Notes: generated by a model from the letters alone, not told the origin. A stretch of 54,952 nt of DNA from Dehalococcoidia bacterium (GCA_041489355.1 JBGPRB010000001.1:1-54952); one strand, 5' to 3'; shown: positions 19,909 through 29,805, numbered from the stretch's first letter. Numbers and translations are program-made.

Positions 19909-20931
19909 TTGGAGGGTACAGAGTTGAAAGATAGAACAGATGCCGCTTCCGGGAACCGATACCGTATGTACGCGGGCACGAACCATATGGACTTCAGGGT
20001 GGCTATTATTACCGGAGTATGTCGCTCGGGCAAGACACTGGTGGGACAACTATTGGGGTCGATGCGGAATGTCGAACATATAGACGAGCCCTGGCTCCCC
20101 ATGATGCTTCCGGTGATGCAGGGAAAGGCATTAATCGACCGTGAGGTCGCCAGGACATTATTGCGGTCTTTCACAGAAGAGCTGTTCCATGATATGATTC
20201 TGTTGCGTAACGCGAATTTCAGGCCGCAAGACCTTAGTTCCATCTGGGTACGCAAGGGTGCCCCGGAAATCTTCTCCCGTTTGGTGAATCTGCATTCCAG
20301 AGATGATGTGCAACGATACGTTCGCGAGAACAACTCTGTCCTGTTGTACAACCTGGCGGAAGTCATGCCTTATCTTTCCTTCCTCATTGAGGTATTTCCA
20401 CACTGTAAAATTATTCACGTCGTCCGTAATGGGCTGGACGTAGCCCTGTCAATAACGGACAAACAATGGTTCTCGGATGCACAGCTAAAAAATCCCCGTA
20501 ATAACCTGTTATTCCGAGAATACCGGAGCGCTGATGGGGCAAAACGATATTATCTTCCCTGGTGGCTTCAAGAAGAAGACTCGGAATCTTTCCTGAACAT
20601 GGGAAATTTTGGCCGGGGTCTGTGCTACTGGCGCAGTTTGCTGGAGCAGAGCCGGGAACAGATTAAGCAATTGAAGGCGAAAAAGCCTCAAATATACTGT
20701 GAGGTCAAATACGAAGAGCTAGTCCGGGACCCGGCACATGTACTGGATGACCTCGCTGATTTTTTAGACATAGTTCCATCCGAACAAACAGCGTCGGTAC
20801 GGGCTATGCTTGAAAACCAAAAAACAGTTAGCCAGCCGACTTATCCCATCGAACAGGTCCCCGAAAGTGAAAAAAAACGTGTTATTAAAATAATGGATAT
20901 GTTTGATTACCCGACATCAGGACTCAAGTAG
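19909..20931 (+). CDS. PAPS-dependent sulfotransferase-family protein
   Basis: 340 aa. 5-prime PSB-like loop ITGVCRSGKTLVGQLL and 3-prime PB-like HVVRNGLDVALS. Start uncertain: TTG at 19909, or ATG at MYAGTN. Confidence 0.6.
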   Translation: MEGTELKDRTDAASGNRYRMYAGTNHMDFRVAIITGVCRSGKTLVGQLLGSMRNVEHIDEPWLPMMLPVMQGKALIDREVARTLLRSFTEELFHDMILLRNANFRPQDLSSIWVRKGAPEIFSRLVNLHSRDDVQRYVRENNSVLLYNLAEVMPYLSFLIEVFPHCKIIHVVRNGLDVALSITDKQWFSDAQLKNPRNNLLFREYRSADGAKRYYLPWWLQEEDSESFLNMGNFGRGLCYWRSLLEQSREQIKQLKAKKPQIYCEVKYEELVRDPAHVLDDLADFLDIVPSEQTASVRAMLENQKTVSQPTYPIEQVPESEKKRVIKIMDMFDYPTSGLK

Positions 20932-20947
20932 TCAGAGATAAGCTCAT

Positions 20948-21940
20948 ATGGACGATAAAACGGTAAAAAGGTATTTTGAAGAGAATGCCAGACAATGGCT
21001 GAGGGACGCGTATGATAAGAACGACTATACGTATCCGGTCGGCCAGCATCGGCTAAGAATTGTCATGAATATTCTGATGGAACGGTTTGGCTCACGGAAT
21101 TTGAACCTGTTGGATATCGGTTGCGGCGGCGGGGACTTGTGTTTCCTCGAGGCAGAAGCCGGGCACCAGGCAACGGGCATTGACCAATCCGAAGCGATGA
21201 TTAAAAATGCCGATGAGCGCCGGCATGCCTTGCCCGCTGAAGTTCGGTCCCGGTTAAAATTCGCTCGTGGTGATTTGCGAACACTGGGTGATAAACTCAC
21301 CCGGGGAACCTATGATGCGGCGACCGCCATGGGCGTTATTTACTATCTTCCCGAGGATGATGCCTTATTTACATGCGCACGGGACCTGTTAAAACCCGGC
21401 GGTCTTTTCGTGGTCTCCTTTCGGAACCGTCTGTTCAACATGGTCAGTATCAGTGACCACACGGTCAAAGAAATCGAAAGTGGTGCCGCACCGGAGCTCA
21501 TCTCGGAGATTGAGGAACTCTATCACCCGATTCCGCAAGAGAGTATCACCCTCTTCATTGAGAACCTCAAACAGGCTGTTCGACAGATTCCCGGCGATGC
21601 ACGACAATCAGTCGATGAATCTAAATCGCCCGCAACCCAGGATATCGGGGAGACAGCGTCGGATTATTCATTCAATATTGAAGGACGGCAGCACACCCCG
21701 CGTCAGTTGACGGCGGAAGCCGCCAGGTTTGGCTTTATCAACACAGGATACTACGGAGTTCACCCACACCTGCTGGTTCCAAAGTTGAATAAAAGGCTCC
21801 CTCCCCAGGTATTTAACCAGCTCTCCGATTGTCTCTGTGCCTTCGAGAGTTTACCCATCAGTCTCATCTGGAGTTCACAGTTCATCGGCGTCTTTGAAAA
21901 GGGGCACGCGAAAAAGCAAGGTAAGAGAAGCAAGGGGTAA
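20948..21940 (+). CDS. Class I SAM-dependent methyltransferase
   Basis: 330 aa. SAM motif I LLDIGCGGGDL and post-I acidic residue (TGIDQS). Confidence 0.7.
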   Translation: MDDKTVKRYFEENARQWLRDAYDKNDYTYPVGQHRLRIVMNILMERFGSRNLNLLDIGCGGGDLCFLEAEAGHQATGIDQSEAMIKNADERRHALPAEVRSRLKFARGDLRTLGDKLTRGTYDAATAMGVIYYLPEDDALFTCARDLLKPGGLFVVSFRNRLFNMVSISDHTVKEIESGAAPELISEIEELYHPIPQESITLFIENLKQAVRQIPGDARQSVDESKSPATQDIGETASDYSFNIEGRQHTPRQLTAEAARFGFINTGYYGVHPHLLVPKLNKRLPPQVFNQLSDCLCAFESLPISLIWSSQFIGVFEKGHAKKQGKRSKG

Positions 21941-21951
21941 AAACGAAGACG

Positions 21952-22992
21952 ATAAATATTGCTGATAGATTAATAGGCGGGAACGAACCCTGCTTCATTA
22001 TTGCCGAGGCGGGGGTCAACCACAACGGGGACATTAGCCTGGCCAGGAAGCTGGTAGATGCCGCCAAAAAAGCCGGGGCGGACGCCGTGAAGTTTCAGAC
22101 TTTCGATACGGAGCGCCTGGTTGTTCAAGGTGCCGAAAAAGCGGAATACCAAAAGAAGTCATCGGGCGCCGTGGAATCCCAGTTTGAGATGCTCAAGAAG
22201 CTGGAGCTTTCTGAGAGGGATTTCACCGAACTGTTCGCTTATGCACGGGGAGAAGGGGTAACTTTCCTTTCCACGCCGTTTGATATCGCCAGTGTCAATT
22301 TACTGGATGAACTCGGTGTCGCCGCTTTTAAAGTCGGCTCAGGCGATATCACCAATTTCCCTCTCCTCAGGCATATCGCCAGCAAGAAAAAACCGGTTAT
22401 TTTATCGACAGGTATGGCTACGTTAGAGGAGGTTGGTGAAGCGTTGCAGGTTCTGAAAAAAGCCGGAGCCAGAGGTATCGTTTTACTGCACTGCGTTTCA
22501 AGCTACCCGTCAAAAGCCAGGGACATGAACCTGAAGGTAATGGAGACATTAAGAAGCACCTTTAAGCTACCTGTGGGCCTGTCCGACCACTCCCCCGGCA
22601 TTACCATACCAATAGCTGCCGCAGCCCTGGGGGCCTGTGTCATTGAGAAGCATTTCACTCTGGACAAAAACCTCCTCGGCCCCGACCACAAAGCGTCGCT
22701 GGAGCCGGATGAACTGAGGCAAATGGTAAGGGCCATCAGAGACGTGGAAAAAGCTATGGGTGATGGCGTGAAGAGACTAACCGCAGAAGAGGAAAAAACC
22801 AGGCGGCTGGTGCGCCGGAGTATCGTTGCCAGGGTGGATATCCCCGAAGGAGTCACTATTAACGAGGATATGCTGGATATCAAGCGACCCGGTAACGGAG
22901 TTGAGCCAAAATACATTGATTCGATTATAGGTAAAACAGCTAAAAAAAATATCAGACGGGAAGAAAAAATAACCCTTTCTAAAGTGGTGTAA
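21952..22992 (+). CDS. neuB: Nonulosonic acid synthase (NeuB/LegI-like) with C-terminal SAF domain; start codon unresolved
   Basis: The track ORF starts at GTG 22087, but the same frame is open from 21925. There it encodes the conserved N-terminus IADRLIGGNEPCFIIAEAGVNHNGDISLARKLVDAAKKAGADAVKFQTF. No ATG/GTG/TTG exists in that stretch, so ATA 21952 is used as a placeholder start (346 aa, typical NeuB length). Confidence 0.85.
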   Translation: MNIADRLIGGNEPCFIIAEAGVNHNGDISLARKLVDAAKKAGADAVKFQTFDTERLVVQGAEKAEYQKKSSGAVESQFEMLKKLELSERDFTELFAYARGEGVTFLSTPFDIASVNLLDELGVAAFKVGSGDITNFPLLRHIASKKKPVILSTGMATLEEVGEALQVLKKAGARGIVLLHCVSSYPSKARDMNLKVMETLRSTFKLPVGLSDHSPGITIPIAAAALGACVIEKHFTLDKNLLGPDHKASLEPDELRQMVRAIRDVEKAMGDGVKRLTAEEEKTRRLVRRSIVARVDIPEGVTINEDMLDIKRPGNGVEPKYIDSIIGKTAKKNIRREEKITLSKVV

Positions 22993-22995
22993 ACT

Positions 22996-24141
22996 ATGAA
23001 AAAAATTGCCGTAGTCACCGGAACCAGAGCCGAATATGGCATCCTTTTCCCCGTATTGAAGGCTATCGCGGCTCGACCAGAGCTAAAGTTATCTCTGCTA
23101 GTTACCGGGATGCACTTATCGCACGAGTTTGGCTATACTGTCCAGGAAATAGAGAAGGACGGCTTTAAAATAGATGCCAGGGTGGACATGTTGTTGAGCA
23201 GCGACACGGTAGGGGCCATGGCAAAATCGATAGGCGTGGGCATTCTGGGCATGGCGCAGGCCTGGGAGCAATTAAAACCGGATATCATCCTGGTACTGGG
23301 CGACCGTATAGAGCCGCTGGCCGCTGTCATTGCCGGAGCCTATATGAATATACCGATAGCCCACATCCATGGCGGCGATGCCTGCGGTAATATCGATAAT
23401 CCTGCCAGACATGCCATCACCAAGTTTGCCCATATTCACTTCCCGGCTACAGGGAAGAGCGCGGAGAGAATCATTAAAATGGGCGAAGACGAGTGGCGGG
23501 TTCATATGGTAGGTTCGCCCACACTGGATGTTCTTTTAAAAGAGACCCTCCTATCGACTAAGGTCTTATCGAAGCGGCTCGGGCTCGATTTGTCCCGGCC
23601 ACTAATCCTGGTGGTTCAACACCCGGTTACCACTCAGGCGGATGAAGCACCCGAGCAGATGAAAGTAACCCTGGAAGCAGTCCTGGAAACAGGCTACCCG
23701 GTGGTGCTGGCCTATCCTAACTCGGACGCCGGCGGCCGGAGGATGATAGAAGTTATTAAGAATTATGAGAATCGTCCTTCCATCAAGACTTTTAAAAGCA
23801 TACCCCGCCAGGAATATCTCAGCTTGATGAAGTTAGCTGGCGTCATGGTGGGCAATTCCAGCAGCGGGATTATCGAGGCACCCTCTTTCGGCCTGCCTGC
23901 CGTGAATATCGGCAGCCGCCAGGAAGGCCGGGAGCGCGGCAAAAACGTTATTGACGTGGGTCATAACAAGCAGGAAATACTGCGGGCTATCAAAAAAGCC
24001 CTCACCAGCCGAGCTTTCTTAAAAGAAGTAAAAAAATGCGAGAGCCCCTATGGTGATGGCAAAGCCAGCCAGAGGATAGCCGAAATCCTGAGCCAGATTG
24101 AAATTACACCCCGATTACTTCAGAAGCGGATGACCTACTAG
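22996..24141 (+). CDS. neuC: NDP-sugar 2-epimerase (hydrolysing), NeuC/LegG-like
   Basis: 381 aa. KIAVVTGTRAEYG, VLGDRIEPLAAV and IAHIHGGD are motifs of hydrolysing UDP-GlcNAc 2-epimerases. Confidence 0.85.
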   Translation: MKKIAVVTGTRAEYGILFPVLKAIAARPELKLSLLVTGMHLSHEFGYTVQEIEKDGFKIDARVDMLLSSDTVGAMAKSIGVGILGMAQAWEQLKPDIILVLGDRIEPLAAVIAGAYMNIPIAHIHGGDACGNIDNPARHAITKFAHIHFPATGKSAERIIKMGEDEWRVHMVGSPTLDVLLKETLLSTKVLSKRLGLDLSRPLILVVQHPVTTQADEAPEQMKVTLEAVLETGYPVVLAYPNSDAGGRRMIEVIKNYENRPSIKTFKSIPRQEYLSLMKLAGVMVGNSSSGIIEAPSFGLPAVNIGSRQEGRERGKNVIDVGHNKQEILRAIKKALTSRAFLKEVKKCESPYGDGKASQRIAEILSQIEITPRLLQKRMTY

Positions 24142-24155
24142 CCGAAGAGAGAAAA

Positions 24156-24554
24156 ATGGACAATCGGTTTAAAGATTGGCAATACCCTGAGTTTGATGAG
24201 AGTGGGATGACGAAATGGCAGTGGATGTGCCAGTACCATGAGAACTTAGAATTGGGCAAAAATACGGATATAGGGTCATTCACCTATATCAATGCCAGAT
24301 ACGGGGTTGAAATACAGGAGGATGTTCAAATCGGGTCTCACTGTTCCATCTATTCCTGGTCCACCATCGATGATAAGAAGGGGAAAGTAACTATAAAGAA
24401 AGGCGCTAAAATAGGCAGTCATAGCCTGATAATGCCGGGCGTTACCATCGGGGAGAAGGCGACGATTGGCGCCTTTAGCTTTGTCAATAAGGATATCCCT
24501 GATAATGCTCTGGCCTTTGGTATCCCGGTAAAGGTTATTAACTCCGGGGAGTGA
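24156..24554 (+). CDS. Left-handed beta-helix (hexapeptide-repeat) acetyltransferase
   Basis: 132 aa. Repeated [LIV]-G-x4 hexapeptides (IGSHCSI, IGSHSLI, IGEKATI, IGAFSFV). Confidence 0.7.
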   Translation: MDNRFKDWQYPEFDESGMTKWQWMCQYHENLELGKNTDIGSFTYINARYGVEIQEDVQIGSHCSIYSWSTIDDKKGKVTIKKGAKIGSHSLIMPGVTIGEKATIGAFSFVNKDIPDNALAFGIPVKVINSGE

Positions 24555-24567
24555 AACAGTTAAGAAA

Positions 24568-25710
24568 ATGGACTGGAAAATACCCCTGTTCAAAATATAC
24601 TTCGATGACGAAGATACAACCATGGTCAACGAGGTCATTCGGAGGGGGATGTTCTGGGCCATCGGCCCCAATATCGAAAAATTCGAGGGGATGCTGGCCG
24701 ACTATATCGGGAGAAAATATGCGGTAGTATTTAATTCCGGCACCTCGGCCCTGCACGCGGCGATGATTGCTTACGGCATAGGGCGGGGAGACGAAGTCAT
24801 CGTCCCCTCCTTTACCTTCATCGCCACGGCTAATGCCGCCCTCTTTGTGGGAGCCAGACCTGTCTTCGCCGATATTGAAGAAGAAACCTACGGCCTTGAC
24901 CCCCGGGATGTCAGCCGTAAAATTACCCCTGAGACGAAAGCTGTCATACCCATACACTATGGTGGCTGTCCCTGTAAAATAGACGAGATAAGCCGGATTG
25001 CCCGGGAACACGGACTATTATTAATTGAAGACGCCGCGGAGTCCTTCGGCGCCTCCATAGGGGGCAGGAAAGCCGGTACCTTCGGCGAATGTGCTATACT
25101 AAGCTTTTGCTCCAACAAGATAATCACTACCGGGGAGGGGGGAGCCGCAGTTACCGACTCCGCAGATATATACGAGAAGCTCAAATTGATAAGGTCCCAC
25201 GGCCGGTCAGATACTGCCAATTACTTTTCCTCGACAGAATACATGGACTATGTTGAGCTGGGATATAATTTCCGCATGTCCGATATTACCGCGGCTCTGG
25301 GGATTGCCCAGCTCAAAAAAGTGGAGAAAATCATCGAGATGCGAAGAGGAAATGCCCGGCAGATGTCAGCTAGACTGGCCCGGGTTACCGAAATAGAGTT
25401 ACCTCGTCAGCCCGATAATTACTTTCATCTCTACCAGATGTATACTATTAAAGTAAAAGAGGGCGAGAAGAAAAGGGATGCTTTATCGGCATATCTGGCA
25501 CAAAAAGGAATATTAACGAAAGTGTTTTTTTCTCCGGTTCACTTAACGCAGTATTACCGGGAAAAACTGGGATACAGATGCAAACTACCGGTTACGGAAA
25601 AGCTCTCCGGGCAGGTCCTGACTTTACCCATGTATCCTGCGTTAACCGAAGACGAGATAGATTTTATAGCGGATGAGGTCGCCGCTTTCTTCTCACTGGG
25701 GAAAAAGTGA
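24568..25710 (+). CDS. DegT/DnrJ/EryC1/StrS-family PLP-dependent sugar aminotransferase (PglE/LegC-like)
   Basis: 380 aa. GTSALHAAM, LIEDAAESFGA, SFCSNKIITTGEGG (PLP-Lys region). Confidence 0.85.
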   Translation: MDWKIPLFKIYFDDEDTTMVNEVIRRGMFWAIGPNIEKFEGMLADYIGRKYAVVFNSGTSALHAAMIAYGIGRGDEVIVPSFTFIATANAALFVGARPVFADIEEETYGLDPRDVSRKITPETKAVIPIHYGGCPCKIDEISRIAREHGLLLIEDAAESFGASIGGRKAGTFGECAILSFCSNKIITTGEGGAAVTDSADIYEKLKLIRSHGRSDTANYFSSTEYMDYVELGYNFRMSDITAALGIAQLKKVEKIIEMRRGNARQMSARLARVTEIELPRQPDNYFHLYQMYTIKVKEGEKKRDALSAYLAQKGILTKVFFSPVHLTQYYREKLGYRCKLPVTEKLSGQVLTLPMYPALTEDEIDFIADEVAAFFSLGKK

Positions 25711-25721
25711 GGTAAAAAACA

Positions 25722-26711
25722 ATGAATATACTTACAGGTAAAAATATCCTGGTTACCGGCGGGACCGGCTCCATTGGCAGTGAAATTGTGCGGCAGCTGT
25801 TAAAATATGAACCCGAAGTCGTGAGGGTCTTCAGCAACGATGAGGACAGCCTGTTTAATTTCAGGCAAGAGCTGCAGGGTCGCCGCCACCTGCGATTCCT
25901 GGTAGGAGACGTCCGGGATAAAGAAAGGCTCATGATGGCTGCCGAGGGCGTGCATTTTATATTTCATGCCGCCGCTCTGAAACACGTCCCCCTCTGTGAA
26001 TATAACCCCTTTGAGGCGGTAAAAACCAACGTGCTCGGTATGCAGAATATCATTGATGTGGCAATGGGGGAACAGGTTGAGAAAGTGATAACTATAGGCA
26101 CGGATAAGGCCGTCAACCCGATTAATGTGATGGGTGCCACCAAGTTACTGGCCGAGCGGCTGACAATCTCCGCCAATCAGTATATGAGAAATACGGCTCT
26201 TTCCTGCGTAAGGTTCGGGAATGTGCTGGACTCCCGGGGCTCGGTGGTGCCCCTTTTCCGCGAACAGATAGCAAAAGGCGGCCCGGTTACCATTACCGAC
26301 CCTGCCATGACCAGATTCGTCATGAGTATACCCAAGGCAGTCGAACTCGTCCTGAGAGCCGCTGAAATGGCCCATGGCGGAGAAATTTTTATTTTTAAAA
26401 TGCCGGCTGTCTCTATCGGTGACCTGGCAGAAGTGATGATTCAAGAATTCGCACCCAGATACGGACATGATTCAAAAAAGATAAAGATAGAAATAATCGG
26501 CAAGCGGGCAGGAGAAAAGTTCTTCGAGGAGCTAATGACGGAAGACGAAGCCAATAATGCTTATGAAACCGAGGATATGTTCATCATCTCCGAGGAAGGT
26601 AACAGCTTCGGGGGTAAGAAAGCATCCGCGGTAAGATATTCCTCCAGGGACGTCACATTGCAGACCAGGGAACAGATAAGGGAGCTGATTAAAGATACAA
26701 TTCGCAGTTAA
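25722..26711 (+). CDS. UDP-GlcNAc 4,6-dehydratase, CapD/PglF/WbpM-type soluble form
   Basis: 329 aa. ILVTGGTGSIGSE. GTDKAVNPINVMGATKLLAE has Met where SDRs carry the catalytic Tyr. From memory, this S-M-K variant marks PglF/WbpM/CapD-type dehydratases. Confidence 0.8.
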   Translation: MNILTGKNILVTGGTGSIGSEIVRQLLKYEPEVVRVFSNDEDSLFNFRQELQGRRHLRFLVGDVRDKERLMMAAEGVHFIFHAAALKHVPLCEYNPFEAVKTNVLGMQNIIDVAMGEQVEKVITIGTDKAVNPINVMGATKLLAERLTISANQYMRNTALSCVRFGNVLDSRGSVVPLFREQIAKGGPVTITDPAMTRFVMSIPKAVELVLRAAEMAHGGEIFIFKMPAVSIGDLAEVMIQEFAPRYGHDSKKIKIEIIGKRAGEKFFEELMTEDEANNAYETEDMFIISEEGNSFGGKKASAVRYSSRDVTLQTREQIRELIKDTIRS

Positions 26712-26729
26712 GTTGAGAGGCATGCCGAG

Positions 26730-27305
26730 ATGTCATTTGTTCAAGACTACATAGATGCTTTAAGTGAAAGCCTTAAAGAACTCTTGAAGCAGGATATAGC
26801 GGGGATAGCCGATGTTATCTTTAACGCTTATAAAAAGGGAAACCAGATATTTATCATGGGTAATGGCGGTAGCGCGGCTACCTCCTCGCACTTCGCGGAA
26901 GACCTCAGGCTGGGGAGAGCCGTTGAAGGTAAACCGCATGTCCGAGCCACCAGCCTGACCGATAACACAGCTCTGATTACGGCTCTCGCTAATGATTTAG
27001 ATTACACTTCTATTTTCGCAGAACAGATGGCAGACCAGTTGAATAAGGGGGACGTTGTCATCGGGATAAGCGCCTCGGGGAATTCGCCCAATGTCCTGAA
27101 GGCCATTGAATACGGTAGAAGTCAGGGAGCCATAACTATCGGATTCTGCGGCTTCGGCGGCGGTAAATTGAAGGATATTACTCACAGGAGCATAGTCCTA
27201 TCAAGCTCCCAATACGGACAGGTTGAGGACGCCCATCTGTGCCTGGCTCATATCGTATCCCACCTGGTCAGGCAAAAGATAGCCGAGCGGGAAAGGAGTA
27301 ATTGA
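26730..27305 (+). CDS. SIS-domain sugar-phosphate isomerase (GmhA-like)
   Basis: 191 aa. IMGNGGSAATSSHFAEDL and GISASGNSPNV are typical of phosphoheptose isomerase/SIS proteins. Confidence 0.8.
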   Translation: MSFVQDYIDALSESLKELLKQDIAGIADVIFNAYKKGNQIFIMGNGGSAATSSHFAEDLRLGRAVEGKPHVRATSLTDNTALITALANDLDYTSIFAEQMADQLNKGDVVIGISASGNSPNVLKAIEYGRSQGAITIGFCGFGGGKLKDITHRSIVLSSSQYGQVEDAHLCLAHIVSHLVRQKIAERERSN

Positions 27306-27306
27306 A

Positions 27307-28293
27307 TTGAAGTGCCTGGTCACCGGGGGAGCCGGATTTATTGGCAGTCATCTGGTCGACCGTCTGCTGGAAGACGGCCATCAGGTTATCGTCCTGGATA
27401 ACTTCTCAACCGGACGCCCGGAGAATCTGGCCCACCACGCCAAATCATCTGCTCTATCTGTCCACCAGGTAGACATCGCTGACTTTGAAGCTATACGGCC
27501 ATACTTCTCGGGAGTCGAGCGGGTCTTTCATATTGCCGGGCTGGCGGATATCGTGCCCTCCGTCCAGCGACCACTGGACTACCACCACGCTAATGTTACC
27601 GGCACCGCAAGTGTACTTGAGGCAAGCCGCTTAGCCGGTGTCAAGCGATTTATTTATACCGCCTCTTCATCCTGCTATGGGATTCCTGATGTCGTCCCCA
27701 CGCCGGAGACAGCCGCCATCAAGACCGAATATCCTTATGCGCTGTCCAAATACCTCGGTGAGCAACTTGCACTTCACTGGGGGAAAGTCTACAAACTCGG
27801 CGTAGTGTCCCTCCGCTTATTTAATGTCTACGGGCCCCGCTCCCGGACCACCGGCGCCTATGGTGCCGTCTTCGGTGTATTCCTGGCGCAGAAAATCCAT
27901 AAGAAACCCTTTACCGTGGTCGGTGACGGCACCCAGACGAGAGACTTTGTTTTCGTGACTGATGTGGCAAACGCCTTTAGTCTGGCGGCAGAATCAGATA
28001 TAAGCAATGAAGTCCTGAATGTCGGCAGCGGCGATACCTATAGTGTTAACCGTCTGGTGGAGCTTTTACGCGGCGATGCCATCCATATACCCAAACGCCC
28101 CGGCGAACCAGATTCCACCCGGGCGGATATCTCCAGGATACGCCAGCTTTTAGGCTGGGAGCCAAAGGTTTCTTTCAAGGAAGGCGTTAATATCCTGCTG
28201 CAAAACATCGATTACTGGAAAACGGCTCCGGTCTGGACCCCGGAGTCGATTGGAGAGGCGACCAAAGACTGGTTTCAATTCCTTTCCAGGTAA
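27307..28293 (+). CDS. NAD-dependent NDP-sugar epimerase/dehydratase (extended SDR)
   Basis: 328 aa, TTG start. VTGGAGFIGSHL, YPYALSKYLGE (YxxxK), LRLFNVYGPR. Confidence 0.8.
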   Translation: MKCLVTGGAGFIGSHLVDRLLEDGHQVIVLDNFSTGRPENLAHHAKSSALSVHQVDIADFEAIRPYFSGVERVFHIAGLADIVPSVQRPLDYHHANVTGTASVLEASRLAGVKRFIYTASSSCYGIPDVVPTPETAAIKTEYPYALSKYLGEQLALHWGKVYKLGVVSLRLFNVYGPRSRTTGAYGAVFGVFLAQKIHKKPFTVVGDGTQTRDFVFVTDVANAFSLAAESDISNEVLNVGSGDTYSVNRLVELLRGDAIHIPKRPGEPDSTRADISRIRQLLGWEPKVSFKEGVNILLQNIDYWKTAPVWTPESIGEATKDWFQFLSR

Positions 28294-28317
28294 GAAACTG
28301 TTGATTTGTGACCGATT

Positions 28318-29805
28318 ATGGAGCCTATTAAAGAATACAGCAGATTCACGAGACAGGTATCCTATGTTCTAATCGGTAACATAATACTCGTTTTACTGGG
28401 GTTTCTTCAGCTTCCCATCTTAACCAAGGGACTCGGGGCGAACCTGTACGGCACCTGGGCACTAATCAATGCCACTATTGCATTCATCGCTCCTTTTGCG
28501 GCACTCGGCTTTTATGAAGCTATCATCCGTTTCCTGGCTGCCGAGACAGACAAGAGCAGAATAAGAGATGATTTCACTTCTGCCCTTTTTAGCACGGTAC
28601 TCATCTCGGGAATTGCTTTTTCACTTCTGCTCTTCTTTTTATCTGACTATCTGGCGGCGCATATCTTTAATGATATCCAGTCATCTGGCTATATCAGGCT
28701 TGCCTCTTTCATGATTCCCCTCACCTGTATGTCAGCAATGACCAGTTCCTATCTTACAGCCTTCCGGAAAATGGGCCTGATGGCTACTTTTACCGTGGTT
28801 CAAAGCGCTGTTAATGTCGGCCTGATTTACTTATTTCTTCGCTTTGGCTACAGTCTCAACGGGGTCATTACGGCGACTATAGTGGCCAGCCTGCTATTCC
28901 ATCTTACACTCCTCTTCATTATCCTGAAACAAATTGGGTTTAAGCTCCCCGGATTTTCCCGCCTGAAATTATTTTTGAGTTACGGGCTCCCTCTCACTCC
29001 AACCAGCGCCGTGCTGTGGATAATCAGCAGCAGTAACCGATATCTGATAAGCTACTTTATAGGAGTTACCGCGACCGGTATCTACAGCGCCGCCTACAAC
29101 ATAGGCTGGTATACGGTCTTTCTGATAACCCCAATCACGCGCCTGTTATTTCCCACGATTTCAAAATCTTATGACGAGCAAAATCTGGTCGAAACCAGGA
29201 AATACCTGAAATACTCACTCAAGTATTTCCTGATGATTGCCATCCCTTCTGCCTTCGGCTTATCCATACTGGCCAAACCAATACTCCAGGTATTGACTAC
29301 CTCTGAGTTTGTCACCGGCAACACCATCGTCCCATTTATTGCTTTCAGCGGTGTGTTATCCGGTGTCTATGAGATAAGTGTATTTATCATCCATCTGGTA
29401 AAAAAAACAAGGCTGATGTTCATGTTATTAGCCATATCGGCACTTTTGAATATCGTGCTGAACGTACTTCTCATCCCGCGTATGGGCTTGACAGGAGCAG
29501 CGACGGCCACTCTCGTCGCTTATGGTATCGTATGTATACTTATACTGATAGTAACCCGTAGATACCTGAAATTTGAATTGAGTGTGCCATTCATACTAAA
29601 GAGTGTTTTCTCATCACTCATTATGGCAATCTGTATCTGGCGAATAAATCCAGAATCAATAGCCTGGATTTTAGCGTCAATATTTATCGGTTTTGTGGTC
29701 TATTTTGCCGTGCTGCTTTTAATCAGGGGGCTAAGTAAAGAAGAACGGGCTTTCTTTGTGAATTTCTCGAAGGACAATTTAAGAAAGGTAAGGATAATAA
29801 AATAG
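28318..29805 (+). CDS. wzx: Oligosaccharide/polysaccharide flippase (Wzx, MOP superfamily)
   Basis: 495 aa, about 14 predicted TM segments. The layout is typical of Wzx-type polysaccharide biosynthesis proteins. Confidence 0.7.
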   Translation: MEPIKEYSRFTRQVSYVLIGNIILVLLGFLQLPILTKGLGANLYGTWALINATIAFIAPFAALGFYEAIIRFLAAETDKSRIRDDFTSALFSTVLISGIAFSLLLFFLSDYLAAHIFNDIQSSGYIRLASFMIPLTCMSAMTSSYLTAFRKMGLMATFTVVQSAVNVGLIYLFLRFGYSLNGVITATIVASLLFHLTLLFIILKQIGFKLPGFSRLKLFLSYGLPLTPTSAVLWIISSSNRYLISYFIGVTATGIYSAAYNIGWYTVFLITPITRLLFPTISKSYDEQNLVETRKYLKYSLKYFLMIAIPSAFGLSILAKPILQVLTTSEFVTGNTIVPFIAFSGVLSGVYEISVFIIHLVKKTRLMFMLLAISALLNIVLNVLLIPRMGLTGAATATLVAYGIVCILILIVTRRYLKFELSVPFILKSVFSSLIMAICIWRINPESIAWILASIFIGFVVYFAVLLLIRGLSKEERAFFVNFSKDNLRKVRIIK

